Assembly: GCA_964623775.1 (NCBI GenBank)
Contig: CAZUVH010000004.1
Span: 12,280 to 76,279 of the forward strand
DNA: 64,000 bases
Direction of reading: 5' to 3'
DNA from: an uncultured Candidatus Saccharibacteria bacterium
Lineage (GTDB): Bacteria; Patescibacteriota; Minisyncoccia; Phycocordibacterales; UBA2100
Made by a program: the position numbers and the translations under genes. The notes under the pieces were generated by a model. The model was not told where the DNA came from and did not search any database. It was given only the letters and a program-made list of their open reading frames with translations. Of this stretch, positions 55,695 through 64,000 are shown in pieces; the stretch's first letter is position 1, and each line of letters begins with the position of its first letter.

Positions 55695-56089
55695 TGGAGG
55701 TGCGGGGAATCGAACCCCGGTCCAGAAAATGATGTACAAGCGATTCTACGGTGCGTAGAGCATTCAATTTTGTTTAGACACTTTGCCTTAAGAATGCACA
55801 ACATAGCAAAGCGTCGGACTCTCTTTCTTTAGGTTTTTAGTCGGAGTGAACTAAAAACCGTATCCGATTATATGACGTTCAGTTCAAAGAATCGGAGATC
55901 TCTGAGTGAACGGTCGTTTGGCGCGTTTAAGCGAAAACGAGGCCGAGGTTATTCACCTGAATCGGTGAGAGAACCCCCCGTGCAGTTTTGTTTGCACTTA
56001 GATTTGAATGTTTTTATGCAAGATCATTCTCTTGCGCATCGCACACAGGCACATTGAATTTCCTGTCGAAGCCGGTCACCCCCCACCTC
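55695..56089 (-). ncRNA. ssrA: tmRNA (SsrA)
   Basis: Minus-strand 5' end is GGAGGTGGGGGGTGACCGGCTTCGACAGG (tRNA-like acceptor plus the GGnTTCGACnGG element). The 3' end is CTGGACCGGGGTTCGATTCCCCGCACCTCCA. T-stem CGGGG/CCCCG, T-loop TTCGATT. The 7-bp acceptor GGAGGTG/CACCTCC is complementary. Length ~395 nt. smpB lies 1.4 kb away. Confidence 0.75.
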
Positions 56090-56129
56090 CAATCCATTGC
56101 TGGATTAGAGGTGGCGATTGACCGACATA

Positions 56130-56147
56130 TTGAGTATCGAAATGTGG
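56130..56147. repeat. 18-bp inverted-repeat arm TTGAGTATCGAAATGTGG (right end of mini-cassette C)
   Basis: One of four copies, two in each orientation, that pairwise flank the small genes 56193..56381 and 56509..57066. Confidence 0.55.
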
Positions 56148-56192
56148 ACGGAATCCCAAATAGGGATTCCGTCGAAGATCAGTAGCGAGGCT

Positions 56193-56381
56193 TCACCGGC
56201 GAGGGTGAAAATCGTCGTCGTCGAAACCGTCGTCGTCGAAGGCACTTTCGGTGCGAAGTCTGTCCATCTCCGCCCAGCCGCGTTCGATCGCAGCATCTTC
56301 TGCCGCCTGAGTCGGGAATCGGCGACGATGTTCCAGTATTTCCTCCTGAAGGCGCGTATCGGGATCTCGGGGACCGGACAT
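56193..56381 (-). CDS. Small acidic protein (62 aa), cassette C
   Basis: Track ORF 56193..56408 starts at a GTG inside the repeat. The internal ATG at 56381 has an AAGGAGG SD. Product is MSGPRDPDTRLQEEILEHRRRFPTQAAEDAAIERGWAEMDRLRTESAFDDDGFDDDDFHPRR. Confidence 0.4.
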   Translation of the reverse strand: MSGPRDPDTRLQEEILEHRRRFPTQAAEDAAIERGWAEMDRLRTESAFDDDGFDDDDFHPRR

Positions 56382-56404
56382 GTGGCTCTCCTCCTTTTTT
56401 GGTA

Positions 56405-56448
56405 CCACATTTCGATACTCAAGTTTTTTATTGAGTATCGAAATGTGG
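56405..56448. repeat. Back-to-back inverted repeat CCACATTTCGATACTCAA-gtttttta-TTGAGTATCGAAATGTGG (left end of cassette C / right end of cassette B)
   Basis: Perfect 18-bp arms with an 8-bp AT spacer. Confidence 0.55.
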
Positions 56449-56508
56449 GCAGGATCGCATTCGCGATCCTGCCAACGGTAATGTACTGAAAGTTCAGTGC
56501 AGGCGGGC

Positions 56509-57066
56509 TTACGCAGCCAGCCGCGGCTTCTTCTTGGCGCCGAGACACCGCTGCACTGCTGCAGCGAAGTCTGCGTTGCAACGGAGCGTCTTCATTTGTG
56601 CTGCGAGCGTGTAGACGCCGATGCGCAGACGCCGATGCCGGCCCGGGTTCAAGATCCGCTCAGTTTTCGCGGACATGAGGCGGCTCCTCGTCCGTTTCAC
56701 CAGACCCCAGCGGAGATTCTTCGGAGCCGCAAGGCGCCTCCGCTCCATCTCCTCCTTCATCCAGTCGGCGGCCATTTCATCTTCCCAGCGCTCCTCCTCC
56801 TCGCGACGCCAGTCAGAGATGTTGTCGTCGTACTTGTTGCGAGGACGCATACTCTGCAGGTCGATCATGTCGAAGCCGTCATCGTCGTCGTCCACTTCAG
56901 CCTCGTCCTCCGAATCCTGCATCAGGAACGGGGGAGCGTTCTCGGCCCAGTTGACGGTGAAGTCGGGCCGATCAACTTCGAAGTCGAAGAGGTCGTCGAG
57001 CGGGGGAAGGCTCTTCAGCAAGCTGCAGCCATCCGCGAGTTCAAGGTGCGTGCTCCAAATCGTCAT
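56509..57066 (-). CDS. Acidic hypothetical protein (185 aa), cassette B
   Basis: RBS GGAGAAAG before ATG at 57066. Asp/Glu-rich (EVDDDDDGFDMIDL) with a basic C-terminus. Confidence 0.45.
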   Translation of the reverse strand: MTIWSTHLELADGCSLLKSLPPLDDLFDFEVDRPDFTVNWAENAPPFLMQDSEDEAEVDDDDDGFDMIDLQSMRPRNKYDDNISDWRREEEERWEDEMAADWMKEEMERRRLAAPKNLRWGLVKRTRSRLMSAKTERILNPGRHRRLRIGVYTLAAQMKTLRCNADFAAAVQRCLGAKKKPRLAA

Positions 57067-57143
57067 AGTCTTTCTCCTCTAATGACGAATCATATGCCCC
57101 GTGTCCGGGCGGTTTTACTCCACTTGTGTCCTTACACTAAGGT

Positions 57144-57185
57144 CCACATTTCGATACTCAATTGTGTTCCATTGCTTGAATGTGG
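57144..57185. repeat. Junction of cassette B left arm (CCACATTTCGATACTCAA, 57144-57161) and cassette A right arm (CCATTGCTTGAATGTGG, 57169-57185)
   Basis: The second motif is the inverted partner of CCACATTCAAACAATGG at 57480-57496 (16/17). Confidence 0.5.
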
Positions 57186-57224
57186 GGACGAGGGGCGTGA
57201 TACGCGGCTCCTCGTCCCATGTCG

Positions 57225-57420
57225 TCAACGAGTGTAGATCTCGTCGAGCGGGACAACCCGTCCCTTTGCTCTGCGCTCGACCTCTTGATCGAGATCGTTG
57301 CCCTCTTGATCGTCGAGGGTGCGAGAGACGATACGCGTCCTTTCACCCTCGCGGATGAATGAGCGATGTCTCGCAGAGGTCTTCATCGGTTTCCGATTCG
57401 TGTTCTTCATCAAAGTACTT
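57225..57420 (-). CDS. Small protein (65 aa; basic N-terminus, acidic C-terminus), cassette A
   Basis: Track ORF 57225..57479. The internal ATG at 57420 has an AAGGAAG SD. Product begins MKNTNRKPMKTSARHRSFIREGERTRIV.... Confidence 0.35.
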
Positions 57421-57479
57421 CCTTGGGTATTGTTTCGCGTGCGCGAAACTGTGGTCACCTCCATGGCTTCCACATTCAA

Positions 57480-57496
57480 ACAATGGAACTCTTATT
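57480..57496. repeat. Inverted-repeat arm CCACATTCAAACAATGG (left end of cassette A), overlapping smpB stop
   Basis: See 57169-57185. Confidence 0.45.
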
Positions 57497-57938
57497 ATTC
57501 AGTTTTCAAAGTTCTTTCAATCTTCCGCTTTTCTTCGCGTGCGCGTATGGTACTACGTTTATCGCCTTTTTTCTTACCCCGGGCGATTGCGATACTGAGT
57601 TTCAAATTCCTTCCTTTATTATACACCGAAATAGGCACTATTGTCAACCCTTTTTCACCCTCCGCCGAGGCTACGCGGGCTATTTCCTTGGTATTGAGGA
57701 GGAGCCTTCGGCTGCGCTCGGGATCATAAGAATCTGGTGCGTTTTTGACCTGCCATGCGGGGATGGTCGCGCCTACGAGATACACTTCGCCGCCACGTGC
57801 GACCACGCGCGCGCCCTTGAGTGACCCCAGCCCGGCGCGCAAAGAGCGCACTTCGAGGCCGAGCAATTCCAAGCCCGCCTCGATGGTCTCGAGGATCTCG
57901 TAATCAAACCCTACCCGGTTGTTCTCAATAAGATTCAT
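57495..57938 (-). CDS. smpB: SsrA-binding protein SmpB
   Basis: Track ORF 57495..57974; ATG at 57938. Contains LIENNRVGFDYEILETIEAGLELLGLEVRSLR and a C-terminal ARGKKKGDKR tail. Confidence 0.88.
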   Translation of the reverse strand: MNLIENNRVGFDYEILETIEAGLELLGLEVRSLRAGLGSLKGARVVARGGEVYLVGATIPAWQVKNAPDSYDPERSRRLLLNTKEIARVASAEGEKGLTIVPISVYNKGRNLKLSIAIARGKKKGDKRSTIRAREEKRKIERTLKTE

Positions 57939-58097
57939 GTGTCCCAGAGTCGTGGTCGCCTGCCCCGTAGCCAAGGCGGAGCCTTGTGGTACTGGGGTTA
58001 CTTATCAGACTCATGTCCACAACTATACCGTATTGCAACGCCTCAGTGCGCGCTACTCTGAAGAGAGGATCATTTACTCAAAGAAAAGTGAGAGGAG

Positions 58098-59072
58098 GTG
58101 AGTAGCGTGAAGGTGATCGAGGACACCCTCATCATCGGCGACGAGCAGGTCATTCGAAATCGTTTTTACGAAAAACCGCTCGGAAAGAACGGCGTGGAGA
58201 TCGTCACTGCAGGGGTATATCCCGGTGGCGCAAAGTCTGGCCGCACGATGGCCGAGTGGTTGTATGCGTGCTCGTCGGTCGGGATTCTCCCGGAAGATGA
58301 GGCGATTGCCACGTCGTCGGGTTCGTACAATAAGGTCGCGGACATGGCGGGGCAGATGCATATTGTGCCCGACGTCTATGAAAAGATGTCGTGGTTCAAT
58401 CCCGAGATGCTCTGGAATATGTGGATGAATCGCGATTACAGTGGCCTTGAGTATCTGCGCGCAAATCTCATCAAGCGGCTCGATGTCGAGGCGTTCTTGA
58501 AATCCAAGACGAATCTCACGATCGCCGTCGCTGACATGGACGCGAATGCGCGGCTCTTTAATGCCAAGGACCCGCACATCAATATTTTCGATCTCATGTT
58601 TGCATCTTCGGCCTTGTATCCGCTTGCGCAGCCGATCGAGATCAAGGGCGAGAAATTTGTGGACGGCGGATATACGCGCGACAGCGCTGTCGCCAAGTGG
58701 CGACGAAGGCTGCGACGCCGGTTTCCGCGCAAGCGGGAGATCGAGACGCTCTACGTGGCGAATCGACCCCATCCGCAGCACGCACATCCGTGGGAGGATT
58801 GGGTTTTCAACTGGCTTGTGATGACGTACCTCATGCCGCGCAATCTTGCGCTCGCCGAGGGCGCTATGTCGATCCCGAAAAAGATCGAGAAAGCTGCGGA
58901 AATTTTCGAGCGGAATCCGCCGCATGGCAGGCGCTGCGCGATCTTTCCGTTGCCGGATGAAAATATTTTTCCCAATGAGTGGCGCACGAGCGTGCTTCGA
59001 AAGAGGGGAGATCTCACCCGCAGGCGAAGAGAGCGTTTCCTCAAGGCGATGAAACCCGTCATATGGGTATGA
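58098..59072 (+). CDS. Patatin-like phospholipase family protein (divergent motifs)
   Basis: GTG start with GAGGAGG SD. GVYPGGAKSG is oxyanion-hole-like, SSVG sits at the GxSxG position, and FVDGGYTRD is the DGG catalytic-Asp motif. The overlapping minus-strand ORF 58074..59237 is antisense junk. Confidence 0.5.
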   Translation: MSSVKVIEDTLIIGDEQVIRNRFYEKPLGKNGVEIVTAGVYPGGAKSGRTMAEWLYACSSVGILPEDEAIATSSGSYNKVADMAGQMHIVPDVYEKMSWFNPEMLWNMWMNRDYSGLEYLRANLIKRLDVEAFLKSKTNLTIAVADMDANARLFNAKDPHINIFDLMFASSALYPLAQPIEIKGEKFVDGGYTRDSAVAKWRRRLRRRFPRKREIETLYVANRPHPQHAHPWEDWVFNWLVMTYLMPRNLALAEGAMSIPKKIEKAAEIFERNPPHGRRCAIFPLPDENIFPNEWRTSVLRKRGDLTRRRRERFLKAMKPVIWV

Positions 59073-59140
59073 AGATTGCATGATCCCGTCCTTTCTTAGA
59101 AAGGGCGGGATTTCTTTTAAATAAAGCCAAAATATGTATA

Positions 59141-61069
<1,929 letters not shown>

Positions 61070-61086
61070 CCCCTTACAAAATAAAA

Positions 61087-61111
61087 AAACGTCCCGCATT
61101 GCGGGACGTTT
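61087..61111. terminator. Bidirectional terminator
   Basis: AAACGTCCCGCATTGCGGGACGTTT. Confidence 0.6.
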
Positions 61112-61112
61112 T

Positions 61113-61220
61113 TCAGCGATGGAGTGCCGCCGAAACGACGGGGTTCTGTATGAAAACTGCGCAGGCCGCGATAATAACGAGTATCGACGCGCCGAGCGCC
61201 ACTTTGCTGGTCTTATCCAT
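61113..61220 (-). CDS. Putative small hydrophobic peptide (35 aa)
   Basis: Not in the track. Reverse complement gives GGGAGGTAGCCC-ATG with a strong SD. Product is MDKTSKVALGASILVIIAACAVFIQNPVVSAALHR. Confidence 0.3.
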   Translation of the reverse strand: MDKTSKVALGASILVIIAACAVFIQNPVVSAALHR

Positions 61221-61323
61221 GGGCTACCTCCCTGGTGCACTAGCACAATAGTAGCTGTTCGAACCCCAAGTGCAACATTATCCCCACTGTCACTTAAGTC
61301 TTGTTTGTTATACTTCGCCGAAC

Positions 61324-62460
61324 ATGAATCCTAACGACAAAAAGGCCCTCGCGCTCCACAAGAAGCTGCGCGGGAAGATTCGCATCGTGCCAGCGGCAAA
61401 GGTAAAAGATAGAAAAGATCTCGCGCTCGTCTATACGCCGGGTGTCGCAGCGGTGTCTTCACTTGTCGCTACAAATCCCGAGCTCGCCCGCACATACACG
61501 ATGAAGGGCCGTATGGTCGCCGTGGTCTCCGACGGCTCTGCGGTCTTGGGGCTCGGCAATATCGGCGCACTTGGTGCACTGCCGGTAATGGAAGGGAAGA
61601 GTGCGATCTTCAAGACGTTTGCCGATGTGGATGCATTTCCAATCGTGCTCGACACACAAAACATCGATGAAATCATCGAGACGGTCGTGCGCATCGCCCC
61701 CGCTTTTGGTGGGATCAACCTCGAGGACATCGCTGCACCGAAGTGTTTTGAGATTGAACGCAAACTCATCGAGCGGCTCGATATCCCCGTCATGCACGAT
61801 GATCAGCACGGTACCGCAATCGTCGTGCTCGCAGGTCTTGTAAACGCGCTCAAGGTCGTCGGCAAGAAACTTTCAGGTGCGCGGATCGTGATTGCGGGCG
61901 CGGGCGCTGCCGGCACGGCGATTGCGAGCCTGCTTCGCATCGCGGGCGCTGAGCGCATCATCGTGCTCGACAGTAAGGGCATCATCGGATTTCATCGCAC
62001 CGACCTTTCGCTCCACAAGAGCGAGCTTGCCGCATTTACCAATCTCGAAAATCGCCAGGGCGGATTGCGCGAGGCACTGAAGGGCGCTGACGTGCTGCTT
62101 GGTGTATCGGGTCCGGGACTTGCGAATGCAGAAGATATCCGGGTGATGGCGCCAAAGGCGATCGTATTTGCGATGGCGAATCCGACGCCCGAGATCATGC
62201 CGGACGAAGCAAAGAAGGGTGGGGCGGTCGTGATCGGCACCGGACGATCGGATTTCCCAAATCAGATCAATAACTCACTCGCATTTCCCGGCATCTTCCG
62301 CGGCGCGCTCGACAACAACGTCCACAAAATCACCAATGATATGAAAATCGCCGCAGCGTACGCAATCGCGAAGCTCGTGCCAAAACCGACTGCGAACAAA
62401 ATCGTCCCCGATATGTTCGACAAACGCGTCGCGAAAGCAGTCGCCAAAGTAATACGGTAG
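61324..62460 (+). CDS. NAD(P)-dependent malic enzyme (short bacterial form)
   Basis: Track ORF 61270 is N-extended; ATG at 61324. Contains LALVYTPGVAAVS, GAGAAGTAIASLL and NPTPEIMPDEA. Confidence 0.85.
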   Translation: MNPNDKKALALHKKLRGKIRIVPAAKVKDRKDLALVYTPGVAAVSSLVATNPELARTYTMKGRMVAVVSDGSAVLGLGNIGALGALPVMEGKSAIFKTFADVDAFPIVLDTQNIDEIIETVVRIAPAFGGINLEDIAAPKCFEIERKLIERLDIPVMHDDQHGTAIVVLAGLVNALKVVGKKLSGARIVIAGAGAAGTAIASLLRIAGAERIIVLDSKGIIGFHRTDLSLHKSELAAFTNLENRQGGLREALKGADVLLGVSGPGLANAEDIRVMAPKAIVFAMANPTPEIMPDEAKKGGAVVIGTGRSDFPNQINNSLAFPGIFRGALDNNVHKITNDMKIAAAYAIAKLVPKPTANKIVPDMFDKRVAKAVAKVIR

Positions 62461-62549
62461 CCGTATAATCGGGGCACACCGCCCGTATTTTCAATGCGGA
62501 CGGGTCGCTCGGAGAATATGAAAGCAAGCTTTCATATTGCTCCTCACTA

Positions 62550-62622
62550 CCGCCCGTAGCTCAATGGTTAGAGCACAGAGCTTATACCTCTGGGGTTCCT
62601 GGTTCGAGTCCAGGCGGGCGGA
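62550..62622 (+). tRNA. tRNA-Ile (anticodon UAU)
   Basis: Acceptor CCGCCCG/CGGGCGG, D-arm GCTC-AATGGTTA-GAGC, anticodon stem CAGAG/CTCTG with loop CTTATAC (anticodon TAT), variable GGGTT, T-arm CCTGG-TTCGAGT-CCAGG, discriminator A. No encoded CCA. A TATAAT lies ~80 nt upstream. Confidence 0.75.
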
Positions 62623-62693
62623 CAAACGTTACTTCAAGTTGGATGTGCATTTCTGGATTGCAGCTTCGCTCATGCGTGCAACAATAAGGCAAT

Positions 62694-64000
62694 GCACTAC
62701 ACACTCCGTTTTCCGCTCGCGGCCTTGCTCACCGCTCTTTGCGCGGCATTTTTCATGCCATCGATATCGCACGCGACGACCTATCAGATCGGTATGGGCC
62801 CGAATTACTTTACCTATCCGAGCATCACTATATACGTGGGGGATACGGTCACCTGGACCAACACCGACTCCACGGCGCATACCGTCACGTCGGGCAATAG
62901 CCAATTCGACGGCGGCACGATGCAGCCCGGCGCGATCTACTCGAAGACATTTACCGTGCCCGGCACATACAACTACGAGTGCACTTTGCACAATGGCATG
63001 AAGGGTGTGGTCATTGTAAAAGAAGCACCTATTGCGCCTGTGGCCACGCAAGTGAGCGCGACACAATCTTCGGCCGCTGCGAGTGACCTGCAGACAAAGC
63101 TCAACGGGCTTTTGCAGCAGCTCGCGACGCTCCAGAAACAGATCGCAACGACTCCGGCCGCTTCTTCAGGCGGATCGTGCATACAGCTCCCGCGATCACT
63201 CGCGCTCGGGATGGAAGGTGCCGACGTGACCGCGCTCCAGCAATTTCTCGCGCGAGATCCTGCCATATATCCGGAAGGCAAAGTCACCGGATACTTCGGC
63301 GCGCTCACGGAGGCGGCAGTGAAGCGCTTCCAAGCAAAAAACGGCATCGTCTCGTCGGGTACGCCGAGCACGACCGGATACGGAAGGGTGGGCCCCAAGA
63401 CGATCGGAGCTATTACGCTCGGGTGTTCTGGCACTTCGGGTGGCTCCTATAGTCCGGCGGATTCTGCCAATGATGTCGGCGGCATCGTCAAAGCAACACC
63501 GCTCACGGGCAGCGCACCGCTTCGCGTGACGTTCCAAGTGACGGTCAACATCACGAATTCGTGCGTCGGCAGAATCTACAACCTCGATTTCGGCGACGGC
63601 ACCAGTCAGCCCATTCCCTCGGTCGCTGGCGTCTGTCAGCCGCAGAGCGTCGCGATATCACACGTGTATCAATATGGCGGCGCATTCAAAGTGACACTCT
63701 CGACCGGTGAACACTCGACATTTACCACGGTGACTGTGTCGGGTGTCACGCAGCCAAACACGCAGCAATTGCCACAAGTCGCGGTCAAGATCACCGACAG
63801 CGTATTTACTCCGGCCAGTCTCTCCGTCGATCCCGGCACGATGGTCGTGTGGACCAACTCCGGCACCGTGCCGTACTCGGTCACGTTTAACAGCGGCCTC
63901 ATCGATAGCGGCTCGATCAATCCGGGACAGATGTTCTCAACACTCTTTACGCAATCCGGTACCTTCCCGTACTACTCCAAATTCCACGGCACACCCAATT
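62694..64000 (+). CDS. Secreted multidomain protein: cupredoxin (plastocyanin-like) - peptidoglycan-binding - PKD - second cupredoxin domain (3' partial, runs off window)
   Basis: Not in the ORF track because it is open-ended. ATG at 62694 with a signal peptide. GDTVTWTNTDSTAHTVTS and YECTLHNGMKG give copper ligands H, C, H, M. LQQFLARDPAIYPEGKVTGYFGALTEAAVKRFQ is PG_binding_1-like, LRVTFQV...YNLDFGDGT is a PKD domain, and a second cupredoxin-like VWTNSG...FHGTP follows. Confidence 0.6.

Noticed and set aside
62537-63001. 154-aa plus-strand ORF spanning the tRNA-Ile
   Set aside because: It begins inside the tRNA and is out of frame with the well-supported cupredoxin gene starting at 62694. 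Ser/Arg-rich junk.

Overview
This 64 kb window is a moderately high-GC bacterial chromosomal segment. The absence of L30, a type-Z S14, extended S19/L22/L15/S5 and many apparently leaderless promoters suggest Patescibacteria/CPR or a similarly reduced lineage; this is inference only. The window has four parts. (1) 1-4.3 kb, minus strand: a PAPS-making/using module (partial sulfotransferase, bifunctional ATP-sulfurylase/APS-kinase) co-operonic with two tandem paralogous Cys/His-rich membrane-anchored proteins. (2) 5.7-22 kb: a ~7 kb biosynthetic cassette present twice, copy 1 at 5.7-13.2 kb and copy 2 at 15.1-22.1 kb. Each copy has a YcaO-domain protein and a SagB-type dehydrogenase on the minus strand with a 4-bp overlap. 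Each copy also has a divergently transcribed gene for a ~100-aa peptide with a hydrophobic N-terminal helix and a microcin-B17-like Gly/Ser/Cys-rich C-terminus (6 Cys, ending GGY/GGCY). That peptide gene is followed by a conserved membrane protein, a TPR-like protein and a large secreted Cys-rich repeat protein. The two copies are separated by an unusual phosphoribosyltransferase-PQQ beta-propeller fusion gene. This looks like an undescribed TOMM/LAP-type RiPP system and is the main finding. (3) 22-38 kb: a fragmented r-protein region (rplC-rplD-rplW-rplB | rpsS-rplV-rpsC-rplP-rpmC-rpsQ-rplN | rplX-rplE | rpsZ-rpsH-rplF-rplR-rpsE-rplO-secY | cmk(-) | adk-map). It is interrupted three times by terminator-bounded insertions of unknown small genes, some on the opposite strand. 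(4) 38-64 kb contains housekeeping genes, a large T4CP-like ATPase, a Cheo-box-controlled lexA-GIY-YIG-dinB module and a tmRNA (ssrA, minus). Between ssrA and smpB lie three mini-cassettes each flanked by 17-18 bp inverted repeats. It also contains ftsH, malic enzyme, a tRNA-Ile(UAU) and a partial cupredoxin/PKD/PG-binding secreted protein running off the window end. No CRISPR array, rRNA or transposase was seen.
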